DNA of 64,000 nucleotides from Escherichia phage AV123. The notes under the pieces were generated by a model. The model saw nothing but the letters and a program-made list of their open reading frames with translations. It had not been told where the DNA came from and searched no databases. The first letter of the stretch is position 1. The number at the start of each line of letters is the position of its first letter. Location: the sequence record OR352953.1; one strand, 5' to 3'. This document shows positions 55,938 through 64,000 of this stretch, in pieces. A program made the translations under genes and the position numbers.

Positions 55938-56915
55938 TTAAGCAACAGTCTGGTCTTCTTTTTCAGGGAAGATTAAACTTGCAATAACACCCAACCCAAG
56001 AGTACCTAACACAATATACATACTGATCGTCGGATCAATGTGTGCTGGCAGGAAACTCATTTTTGCGTGCAGAGTTTCTGCAAACGGGTGATACATCAGT
56101 TTTACACCCACAAATACCAGGACTACGATAACTGCTTTCTCCAGATGAACCAAATACTTCAGTGCAACACTAAGAACAAAGAACAGAGCACGTAAACCTA
56201 AGATTGCACAGAGCATCGAAGAGAACACCAGTAGAGGTTCTTGTGTCACTGCAATTACTGCTGGAACAGAGTCTACTGCAAAGATTACGTCAACCATTTC
56301 CATTACAAACACACAAACCAGAGCCGGAGTTGCTACACGAACACCATTTTTGATTGTGAAGAACTTCTCACCATCCATCTGATCAGATACAGGGAACAGC
56401 TTACGAACAATGCGAGTAGCCCAGTGTTTAGAGTAATCAACTTCTGCATCATTATCTCCAGCGAATACCATTTTAGCCGCACAGAAAAGGATGACAGCAC
56501 CGAAGAAGATATTAACATACCAGCCCAAACTCAACAAGTAAGTACCTACTGCTACAAACACACCTCGGAAGACAATCGCACCTGCAATACCCCAAAGTAG
56601 AATCTTGTGCTGCAAGTGTGTGCTTTTAATACCAAAACTTGCGAAGACTGCCACAAATACTACTAAGTTATCTACAGAAAGAGATTTCTCCAACACATAC
56701 CCACTCAAAAACAAGCTCGCAAAATCAGCACCGTGTTGGAAGTATACAAAACCATAGTAGGCTAATGATACCCCAATCCAGAAAATTGACCAGCCAATTG
56801 CAGATTTAAATGAAATTTCTTTGTTTTCTCTGTGTCCAAAGAAGTCAATACAAATCGACAAGACTAAAATACCCACTAAAACAACCACATCAATAATTGG
56901 GAAACCCAGTTGCAT
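55938..56915 (-). CDS. terC: TerC-family integral membrane protein
   Basis: Multiple TM segments and the TerC hallmark motif YVLEKSLSVDNLVVF. 325 aa. Strong RBS AAAGAGGAGAAAAG. Confidence 0.75.
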   Translation of the reverse strand: MQLGFPIIDVVVLVGILVLSICIDFFGHRENKEISFKSAIGWSIFWIGVSLAYYGFVYFQHGADFASLFLSGYVLEKSLSVDNLVVFVAVFASFGIKSTHLQHKILLWGIAGAIVFRGVFVAVGTYLLSLGWYVNIFFGAVILFCAAKMVFAGDNDAEVDYSKHWATRIVRKLFPVSDQMDGEKFFTIKNGVRVATPALVCVFVMEMVDVIFAVDSVPAVIAVTQEPLLVFSSMLCAILGLRALFFVLSVALKYLVHLEKAVIVVLVFVGVKLMYHPFAETLHAKMSFLPAHIDPTISMYIVLGTLGLGVIASLIFPEKEDQTVA

Positions 56916-56992
56916 TCTTTTCTCCTCTTTAATGCGGAGGACAATCCTCCGCTCTATGTCTTATACTATAAACTGTTTTTAAAGAAAGTCAA

Positions 56993-57241
56993 CTAGTTCA
57001 GTTCTGTAATTTTAAGTTTATCTTCTTTGTTAATGACAGGGAAAGCTACAGCATCACCTACGTCATCAATAAAGCAAATAGCAATACCACCTTCCACTTT
57101 GCTAATCTGACCATTAAAGGCGTGATACGGGGCAGGAACTTGATCTCCATCTTCAAGGAGAATAGCCTCGTAAACCTTGCCGATAGTACAATCACGAGTG
57201 TTTCTAAATTTTTCAAGCACTTCAACATTTACTTTACGCAT
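56993..57241 (-). CDS. hypothetical protein
   Basis: 82 aa ORF, no recognisable motif. Confidence 0.35.
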   Translation of the reverse strand: MRKVNVEVLEKFRNTRDCTIGKVYEAILLEDGDQVPAPYHAFNGQISKVEGGIAICFIDDVGDAVAFPVINKEDKLKITELN

Positions 57242-57255
57242 ATAAAAATCCTCTC

Positions 57256-57462
57256 TTATTTGTTAGATTGAAAGATACCACGAAGTACCGCAAGAATGAA
57301 CGTCACACAGACTACACTCCAAAACGTTACAGGAACATGATGCCAGTCTAAGCCGATAATGTCAATCATATAGTTGTATGCTAAAAGCAGTAGCCAACTA
57401 GGGATTAACACAATCAAAAACACAACAATAAAACAACCTAATACTGCTAAAACACCTGCCAT
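57256..57462 (-). CDS. small membrane protein (2 TM)
   Basis: 68 aa, two hydrophobic helices (VLAVLGCFIVVFLIVLIPSWLLLLAY; VTFWSVVCVTFILAVL). Confidence 0.4.
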   Translation of the reverse strand: MAGVLAVLGCFIVVFLIVLIPSWLLLLAYNYMIDIIGLDWHHVPVTFWSVVCVTFILAVLRGIFQSNK

Positions 57463-57471
57463 ACTTTCTCC

Positions 57472-58188
57472 TTATTTCAGTTTGTAAACAATTACATTTA
57501 AACCTTTGTTTACTAGAGTTTCTTCGATCATAAGTTTTACAATACTCCAAGAACCTCCAGCCAAACCACAACCAAGCATTGGTAAACCTACAATTTTACC
57601 GCCTGAAGATACAACATCGTCTCCCATACTATCTAACGCATTGTAGATAGCTTCATAATTCAGGTCACGCTTACCTTCCTCACGACGACTATAACCATAT
57701 TGTCCATATAAATTATAAATTGTCAAATTGTTTTCTGTATACTTAGTAAACGTACCTAATTTTTTATAATCACCACGTTTAGTGGCACAATCTGCTTTAA
57801 ACGCACCAGGCCACTTACTTTTAATTTTTGGTGCAATACCACTACCCATAGTGCAAAAACAGTTACAGCAGTGTGCTATAGCGTCTATATCGCCTCTCTC
57901 GGCTGCTGCTAAAAGATCACCGTATACCTCAATGATACCTGCTGGATAACTTGTTACAATTTCATCTTCCCAGTACATTTTCTCTACACCACCGATCAGT
58001 GCAAAGTTTTGTGTAATGCGATCATCAATATAGTTAAGACCTGAAACATACACAGCATATTCATCCTGTGCTGTAATACCTTGTACACGAATTCTTAAGA
58101 CACCATCTTTATCTGTTGCTACACGCCCAAAATCTTTTTCTGTAATATTGGTGATAGGATCTCCGAAAGTCATTACTTTATTAGACAT
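57472..58188 (-). CDS. macrodomain protein, TARG1/OARD1-like (putative ADP-ribose-processing hydrolase)
   Basis: IEVYGDLLAAAERGDIDAIAHCCNCFCTMGSGIAPKIKSKWPG and VGLPMLGCGLAGGSWSIVKLMIEETLVNKGLNVIVYKL parallel the two conserved blocks of TARG1/OARD1-type macrodomains (..AHC.S.DC.MGAGIA......P; ..P.IGCGL....W..V..MIEE.........V). ATG at 58188 has an AAGGGG RBS. Confidence 0.55.
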   Translation of the reverse strand: MSNKVMTFGDPITNITEKDFGRVATDKDGVLRIRVQGITAQDEYAVYVSGLNYIDDRITQNFALIGGVEKMYWEDEIVTSYPAGIIEVYGDLLAAAERGDIDAIAHCCNCFCTMGSGIAPKIKSKWPGAFKADCATKRGDYKKLGTFTKYTENNLTIYNLYGQYGYSRREEGKRDLNYEAIYNALDSMGDDVVSSGGKIVGLPMLGCGLAGGSWSIVKLMIEETLVNKGLNVIVYKLK

Positions 58189-59038
58189 AATAATCCCCTT
58201 TAACATTAGATTTGTTGATAATGTTGCTTTCAAAAAATTGACGTAGGAAATCAAAGTTCTCTTTATATTTTTCAATGTTATTGTAGCCTTCTGCAAGGCA
58301 ACCAAAGAACAGTTGTTCTACATAATACAAAGGAAGCTGTGAAAGTGCAATTTTAAAATCAACTTCGCTTTGACTCATTAGATACTTAATAGGACGAACC
58401 AAACATTTAGCATCAGTTTCTTGCTTAATCATCTTAATAAAAGCTGCCAGGTTATTGATATAGTTGAAGTTAAGTGCAGCTTCGGTGTTGGCTTCTGTAC
58501 CTTCATACTTTGCAAAGTACAGGAAAAACGTATCGTTTTCAACACCTTCTTTGTCTAAAATTTCAATAAGTTTTTCTTCGTGCGTTCCTGTAATATTAAC
58601 ATCATCAATGAAAATCAGAGTTTTATTACCCCAGAAATCACGATTGATAGAGAAAGTGTCACCATCGATCAAAGCCTTACGATCTTCTTTGCTAAGAAAT
58701 CCATAATCATTGATATAGCTCACTTTACGATGAACGATATCCCACTCCACTGGTTTACCACCTTTGATAGAGATTAGGTAGTTGAGGTGATCTACAAAAT
58801 GTTCAGATAACACTGTAGCTGCATTTTTCACATAGTTATATGGAGATGGAATAACAACAAAACTTTCATTTACCAGTCGTTCTTCATACTTGGAAAAGAA
58901 ACTTTCAGCCAGAATGCGCCCCATTCTTTTTGCTGCCTGGTTACTACCAAACTTTAGTTTGGAATAATCTGCAATGTTAAATTTTGCTTCCTTCAGGTTA
59001 GTAAAAGTATTAGCAAAATGTTGAATTTGATTACGCAT
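58181..59038 (-). CDS. phosphoribosyltransferase-like protein
   Basis: PRPP-binding-type motif KTLIFIDDVNITGTHEE (hydrophobic strand, DD, TGxT). 285 aa. RBS AAGAGGAA. Confidence 0.5.
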   Translation of the reverse strand: MRNQIQHFANTFTNLKEAKFNIADYSKLKFGSNQAAKRMGRILAESFFSKYEERLVNESFVVIPSPYNYVKNAATVLSEHFVDHLNYLISIKGGKPVEWDIVHRKVSYINDYGFLSKEDRKALIDGDTFSINRDFWGNKTLIFIDDVNITGTHEEKLIEILDKEGVENDTFFLYFAKYEGTEANTEAALNFNYINNLAAFIKMIKQETDAKCLVRPIKYLMSQSEVDFKIALSQLPLYYVEQLFFGCLAEGYNNIEKYKENFDFLRQFFESNIINKSNVKGDYYV

Positions 59039-59687
59039 TAATAAGTTCCTCTTTTTTAAGTTTAGCCAACAAGTCTTCTGGATTAATAATATGACAGAAC
59101 TTCATCCCTATGTCAACAGCTTTTCCATCATAAATCAAACTATCTCCAACGTGTAAAATCTCCTCTGGTGCGAGATCAAACGTCACCATTTCATCAAAAG
59201 AGAGTTTAAAAAACCTAGGATCTGGTTTACACAAGCAAAACTCGTCAGAAAAATGCATAAAGTCGAATGGTAATTTTGTTAAACCAGAATATACAGCTAA
59301 GAAACTACCTGGTACAAAATTAGTATTGCTCTTAATACTCAAAGAGTAGGTTGAACTTAGCTCTTCCAACTTCTTGCAAAGTTCAGGATTCAATGTTGGA
59401 GGATGTTTTATAAACATTGCCAAACAATCTCTTTTTAACCCATCCACTTTATCAAGATCAATGTTCAAACGAGTAGAAAGTGTTACCCAAGCATCCTTAG
59501 ACGTTCCACAAATGCCTTTTTCTGCTTTTAAATCCAAGAGAGTTTTTACCTCTTTATATACGGTAGCTGCTTCTGCCTCAGAACAAGAGGCATACTCGGC
59601 AATAACCTTGTTACGCTCTTCTGCATACAAAGGGTTAGCAGTAATAAGAGTATTCCATACATCAAAAGAAATATGCTTAACAGTCAT
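59031..59687 (-). CDS. HAD-superfamily hydrolase-like protein
   Basis: N-terminal motif I-like ISFDVWNTL (second Asp replaced by Trp, atypical) and C-terminal motif IV-like HVGDSLIYDGKA. ATG at 59687 has a GGAGG RBS; the track's start at 59705 is TTG. Confidence 0.45.
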   Translation of the reverse strand: MTVKHISFDVWNTLITANPLYAEERNKVIAEYASCSEAEAATVYKEVKTLLDLKAEKGICGTSKDAWVTLSTRLNIDLDKVDGLKRDCLAMFIKHPPTLNPELCKKLEELSSTYSLSIKSNTNFVPGSFLAVYSGLTKLPFDFMHFSDEFCLCKPDPRFFKLSFDEMVTFDLAPEEILHVGDSLIYDGKAVDIGMKFCHIINPEDLLAKLKKEELINA

Positions 59688-59856
59688 TTTTAATCCTCCG
59701 TCCAAAAGAATATCATCTGCTTAATTTTATTGATTTCTTGATGTAGTAACTTTCCAGCATGTGATTGATCTTTAATATTGACAGCAAGAATTTCAAGTTC
59801 CGTTAGTTTTTCTTGGATAGCTTTATATTCATCATCTGTAAGCATTTTCTTCCCCT

Positions 59857-60060
59857 TTAGAATGGTAATCTTTGTATGTCACTTATCCCCACACCAAGAA
59901 GTCTAGCAACATCCTTATCTAAAAGCAACTCTTTTTGTTCTAAAATGTTAATCAGATCTCCTAATACTTCTTTAATGTCACGATCATTTTTAGCAACGTG
60001 ACCACCTGCTGTATCAACTTTATCTTTAAAAACAAAATAATGATCCATAATATCCTCCAT
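59857..60060 (-). CDS. hypothetical protein
   Basis: 67 aa ORF, no recognisable motif. Confidence 0.3.
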   Translation of the reverse strand: MEDIMDHYFVFKDKVDTAGGHVAKNDRDIKEVLGDLINILEQKELLLDKDVARLLGVGISDIQRLPF

Positions 60061-60067
60061 ATAAATA

Positions 60068-60088
60068 AAGGAGGCTTTCGCCTCCTTT
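60068..60088 (-). terminator. intrinsic terminator after the AAA ATPase gene
   Basis: AAAGGAGGC-tttc-GCCTCCTTT with AUUUAUAU downstream on the minus strand. Confidence 0.45.
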
Positions 60089-60094
60089 TATCAC

Positions 60095-61255
60095 TTAGTA
60101 AGAACGACCACCAAACACATACTCTGTGTAGTTTTTACGTTCTTTGTTTTTAATAACAACTTCAATGTTGTTGCCTTTATCATCGGTGAACACAAAGTGA
60201 TAACCGTCACCACCCATTGTACGGATGTGTTTTTCATCATACATCAGCAAGATACGGTCTACACCCCAGTAGTAGTCACCTTCTTCATCTTTATCTTCTA
60301 CGGTAACGACTCCTTCCATTTCAGGAAGATGCTCTTCTCCTAGCTTATGGTCTACAGCTACAACATAACGATTACCGCTAAACAAACCTTGTGCTGTCAT
60401 ACCGTCAATATCGGTATCTGACGAAACATCTCCTGTACGATCTACACCGTTAACTTTCAGAAGTTTAACCTCTTTTGCAGCATAGCGGTGTTCAGTAATA
60501 CTGATACCCATCAATGCAAGTGCATCAGAGAATTTGTCATTAGGGTAACGGTTAAGTTCTTCTACTAATGACTGAACAATATCAAAGTTCAAATCCACGG
60601 AGAGATTATAAAGCGTTTCAAAATCTGGTAAGAAGGCTTTGTTCTCCAGATTTTTAGCCAGATAATCATCCATAGTAGCTTTAGGTAGTTTCTTATAGCT
60701 AAAACTGTAGAAAATACGGCTAGGACGATTACGCAAAAATTCTGATACATAACCATCATTTTTAGTCAATACAAACAGTTTGTCGTAGCCACCAACACCA
60801 TCCAACAGGGTAAGCAAACCATCTTGTGCATCTTTTTCAGCATACAGTTTATCAAATTCATCGATCATAATCATCACAGGTTGTGTGATTTTAGACATAA
60901 AATTGATAAAACCTTCGCCATTAAAAGCACTGCCGATAGAAATAGTAGGAATACCCATTTCACGAAGAGCAGAAGACAGCATTTTAGCTTGCAAAGTTTT
61001 ACCGCTACCTTTCGTACCCTCAAGGAGAACACCTGTGTTTTTACCTTTGCGGCTAAGGAACGTTTTGATAATACGTTCTGATTTATCATCAGTATCACCG
61101 TATGTTACTGAAGGCACTTCCATATCGTTTTTAGGATACAGGAAGAACTCACCACTTTGAGTAACACCTACACCAAAAGTTCCTGCTGGAATTTCTTCAA
61201 TATCTGTACCAGATTTCTGACGCAGGAAGATTTGATTGCCGAATACTGTAAACAT
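60095..61255 (-). CDS. AAA-type ATPase
   Basis: Walker A GTKGSGKT and Walker B VMIMIDEFDK. 386 aa. Confidence 0.6.
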   Translation of the reverse strand: MFTVFGNQIFLRQKSGTDIEEIPAGTFGVGVTQSGEFFLYPKNDMEVPSVTYGDTDDKSERIIKTFLSRKGKNTGVLLEGTKGSGKTLQAKMLSSALREMGIPTISIGSAFNGEGFINFMSKITQPVMIMIDEFDKLYAEKDAQDGLLTLLDGVGGYDKLFVLTKNDGYVSEFLRNRPSRIFYSFSYKKLPKATMDDYLAKNLENKAFLPDFETLYNLSVDLNFDIVQSLVEELNRYPNDKFSDALALMGISITEHRYAAKEVKLLKVNGVDRTGDVSSDTDIDGMTAQGLFSGNRYVVAVDHKLGEEHLPEMEGVVTVEDKDEEGDYYWGVDRILLMYDEKHIRTMGGDGYHFVFTDDKGNNIEVVIKNKERKNYTEYVFGGRSY

Positions 61256-61275
61256 AGTTTTCTCCTCTATTTAAT

Positions 61276-61746
61276 TTAGTCAGATTCCCAAATGTTGTCT
61301 TTCTTAACCCACATTCGTTGATTATCTGAACCTCTATAACGTTTCGTTGTTGGTTGATTCATATCATACTTACCATCTATCACTATGTCAACCAGTTTTT
61401 TAATTTTCTCTGGAATTTCTTCAAAAAGATATCCTGTATATAAGACAATATCTTTTTTGTTTCCAAAACAATCTCTTACCTTCTCAAGAACATACTCTAC
61501 AGTGTCAATGTTCTCTTTGTCAAGAGGTTCACCACCTAAAACTGTTAATCCTTTAATGAAAGGTCGAGATAAATCTTCCAAGATAAGATCTAATGTTTCA
61601 GCAGTGAACTCTTGTCCGTAGTTATACGACCAGGCTTTCTGGTTAAAGCAGCCACGGCAACCGTGGCTACAACCGCTCACCCACAAAGAGCATCTTACAC
61701 CGTCACCGTTGAGCATGTCAACAGGTTCATATCCGGCGTAATTCAA
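61276..61746 (-). CDS. nrdG: anaerobic ribonucleoside-triphosphate reductase activating protein (radical SAM)
   Basis: CSHGCRGC (CxxxCxxC radical-SAM cluster motif) near the N-terminus. 156 aa. Start overlaps the nrdD stop. Confidence 0.8.
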   Translation of the reverse strand: MNYAGYEPVDMLNGDGVRCSLWVSGCSHGCRGCFNQKAWSYNYGQEFTAETLDLILEDLSRPFIKGLTVLGGEPLDKENIDTVEYVLEKVRDCFGNKKDIVLYTGYLFEEIPEKIKKLVDIVIDGKYDMNQPTTKRYRGSDNQRMWVKKDNIWESD

Positions 61747-63542
61747 AAGTGTTTCTCCCTTTCTAGTACCTCTTGCATTTTACCTTTATTATAAGGGCGA
61801 GAGTTAGGGGCAGAAAGGTATCCTGACACTCTTCTGATCACAGATATGGATTCTTCTTCATGATTACCGCAACTTGGACACTCGAAGCCTTTAGCTGTTG
61901 CCTTAAATTCACCATGAAAACCACATTTGAAACACTGATCTACAGGTTGGTTCACGCCAAAATAAGGAATTTTGTTGTAGGCATAATCTACAAGAGTTTC
62001 CAGTGCTTGCAAGTTATTTTTAAGGTTTGGTGTTTCTACATAACCTATGTTCCCACCATTACTAATTTGTGCAAAACCTTCCTCATAATCCCATTTTTGG
62101 AACGGGGTAGTGTGCATCCATACAGGTTGATGGAAAGAGTTTGTCAAGTAGTCACGATCAATAGAACCAGGATAGCGATCATTTAACGCTTTGGCAAATT
62201 TATAGCACAAGGATTCTGCTGGTGTTCCATACAAACTAAAAGCTAAACCAGAACGTTCTTTAAATGTGCAACAGATATCCTTCATATATTGAAGGATGTT
62301 TTTACCCATTGCTTTTGGATTGGTGTTATTTGGGTATAAAATCTCCATAGCTTCTGCTAAACCTACATAACCGATACTAATAGAGGCATAACCACCTTCA
62401 AATAGTTTACCAATCTCTTCATTAGCTTCTAGTCGAGCTAAAGCCCCTTCCATAAACAATGTAGGGTTTTGAGATGCTTTGGTATGTCTAATACGGTTAA
62501 CACGTAGCATATGTGCCTTATACGCCATCTCCATATGTTGTTCCAACAGTTCAGTAAATAAGATGCCCTTTTCACGGGACTCTGCTGCAATGATAGGTAA
62601 GTTTAAAGAAACTACGCCTAAGTTGAAACGACCATCATATTTTTCACCTTGCTCTGTTGCATAGTATGACAAGAAGCTACGGCAACCCATGCTTGTGACA
62701 CGACCATCTGAAGATCCTGTAACTTCTTTGTTTAAAGGTACAGAGATAAAATCAGGATAAATGCGTTCAGCACAACACTCCATTGCCAGTTGCTTCAAAT
62801 CATAGTTTGGATCGCCAGCTTTCATGTTAACACCATCTTCCAAGAAGAAGATAACTTTAGGAAACACAGGAGTTACCCTATCTTTTCCTAATCCTTGTTT
62901 GTGCACCATTAGGTAGTTTTTAGTGATCATTCTACCAAAAGCAGAGGTATCCAAACCTAAACTAATTGTTATAAAAGGTGACTGACCATTTACACTCATT
63001 AGGGTGTTCACCTGGTAGATTAAAGTTTGCATTGCATCGTAAACCTGTTTATCTACCATACGCATAGCAATATCATAATCGCCAACATCGGCATATATTT
63101 TGTTAAAACTTGCTTTAACGTATTGACTAAGCCCAGTATCAATATGTGCACAAGTTTGTCCACCATATTGGCTAGAAGCTACTGCTTGAATAATTTGAGT
63201 TAGGACAGTAGTTGCTACGCCAATAGATTTTGGTTTTTCAATATGTGCATTACCAATACGGAAACCGTTCTCAAGCATATCTTGGTAATTTACCAGGCAA
63301 CAATTAGTTAGAGGTGAGAGTAAATAATCTAAATCGTGAATGTGACCATACCCACTTTTATGCCATTCTGCTAGATCTTCCGGTAAAATATGGGTCATTG
63401 CCATGTGCTTGCTTAGGATACCTGCTAGTAAGTCTCGGTGAGTATTAACAATCATTGCAGGTTTGTTTGCATTTTCACGAGTAAATTCTTCGGATGTTTG
63501 TTCGAGGAATCCGATTACATCCTCATATAGTTTTTGGGTCAT
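61743..63542 (-). CDS. nrdD: anaerobic ribonucleoside-triphosphate reductase (class III)
   Basis: C-terminal zinc ribbon CFKCGF...CPSCGN and glycyl-radical motif RRVSGYL. Start set at ATG 63542 (MTQKLYEDV...) with a GGAGG RBS; the track's first ATG at 63572 lies inside the upstream terminator hairpin. Confidence 0.8.
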   Translation of the reverse strand: MTQKLYEDVIGFLEQTSEEFTRENANKPAMIVNTHRDLLAGILSKHMAMTHILPEDLAEWHKSGYGHIHDLDYLLSPLTNCCLVNYQDMLENGFRIGNAHIEKPKSIGVATTVLTQIIQAVASSQYGGQTCAHIDTGLSQYVKASFNKIYADVGDYDIAMRMVDKQVYDAMQTLIYQVNTLMSVNGQSPFITISLGLDTSAFGRMITKNYLMVHKQGLGKDRVTPVFPKVIFFLEDGVNMKAGDPNYDLKQLAMECCAERIYPDFISVPLNKEVTGSSDGRVTSMGCRSFLSYYATEQGEKYDGRFNLGVVSLNLPIIAAESREKGILFTELLEQHMEMAYKAHMLRVNRIRHTKASQNPTLFMEGALARLEANEEIGKLFEGGYASISIGYVGLAEAMEILYPNNTNPKAMGKNILQYMKDICCTFKERSGLAFSLYGTPAESLCYKFAKALNDRYPGSIDRDYLTNSFHQPVWMHTTPFQKWDYEEGFAQISNGGNIGYVETPNLKNNLQALETLVDYAYNKIPYFGVNQPVDQCFKCGFHGEFKATAKGFECPSCGNHEEESISVIRRVSGYLSAPNSRPYNKGKMQEVLEREKHF

Positions 63543-63561
63543 TAATCCTCCGTGGAAAATA

Positions 63562-63590
63562 AAAGCCAGCATTAAGCTGGCTTTAGGGTG
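63562..63590 (-). terminator. intrinsic terminator upstream of nrdD (ends the preceding minus-strand gene)
   Basis: AAAGCCAGC-atta-GCTGGCTTT with UUUAUUUUCC downstream on the minus strand. Confidence 0.6.
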
Positions 63591-63631
63591 GATCTTTATT
63601 TTAAATCTTTTTCGTAAGATTGTCCTTGATC

Positions 63632-64000
63632 TTAGTCAAGGTTTTTGGTAATACGTGTACAACCGTCAGAAGTCAAACCGTCAACTTGAGTTTCCCAAGT
63701 ACCATGAATATTTCGGAACAATGTTGTTACACCTTTTGGTTCATTAATAATGATTGCCATAACAAGTTTAGGATCGATAACAGACATAATCTTTTCCTCA
63801 ATACCCTCTGTAATAACATTATTACGCACAATATTAATTACATCTTCTTGTACAGTAAGAGTGCTTACGTTCTTAAGAGTATATACCTGCTGCGTAGTGT
63901 AAATGATACGAACATAACTTACAGAACGAGTAGGCACAGGTTTACGTGGACGACGAAAACGTGGTTTTGGTGAAGATTCAGTCTTACTTTCATTTTTTGA
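63632..64000 (-). CDS. hypothetical protein, 5'-partial (frame stays open to the window edge)
   Basis: The minus-strand frame has no stop between 63937 and 64000, so the true start is probably outside the window; the track's GTG at 63937 is only the first in-window start. Confidence 0.35.
   Translation of the reverse strand, partial: SKNESKTESSPKPRFRRPRKPVPTRSVSYVRIIYTTQQVYTLKNVSTLTVQEDVINIVRNNVITEGIEEKIMSVIDPKLVMAIIINEPKGVTTLFRNIHGTWETQVDGLTSDGCTRITKNLD

Noticed and set aside
63572-63572. Track start codon for nrdD at 63572
   Set aside because: This ATG lies within the stem of the upstream terminator hairpin and lacks an RBS. The in-frame ATG at 63542 has a GGAGG RBS at optimal spacing and was used instead.
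1-64000. Integrase, excisionase, att sites or transposase indicating a prophage or mobile element boundary
   Set aside because: No tyrosine or serine recombinase-like ORF and no DDE transposase motif was recognised in the window. The sequence is consistent with an internal phage genome segment; lysogeny cannot be judged from this window.

Overview
This 64 kb window looks like a large part of a tailed dsDNA phage genome (contractile-tail type: sheath and tube genes present), either a virion or a prophage without visible integration junctions. All calls are from reading the six-frame translations and the DNA by eye; no searches or computations were run, so every product name is a hypothesis of varying strength. 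Positions 1-36681 are a single plus-strand late/structural module: intein-containing large terminase, portal, scaffold, capsid, connector proteins, sheath, tube, frameshifted tail chaperone, tape measure, baseplate, and at least five large tailspike/tail-fibre proteins. A bidirectional terminator at about 36.7 kb marks a strand switch. Positions 36717-64000 are a minus-strand early/auxiliary module: beta-class DNA methyltransferase, SSB-like protein, small CCA-enzyme-like nucleotidyltransferase, family A DNA polymerase, primase-helicase, four putative glycosyltransferases, a signal-peptide SleB-like cell-wall hydrolase, and anaerobic ribonucleotide reductase NrdD/NrdG. The most striking content is a phage-borne Ter-type stress-response cluster (TerD, TerF-like vWA, TelA-like, TerC) together with a phosphoribosyltransferase, a HAD-like hydrolase and a TARG1/OARD1-type macrodomain. 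No tRNA, rRNA, CRISPR array, integrase or transposase was recognised.
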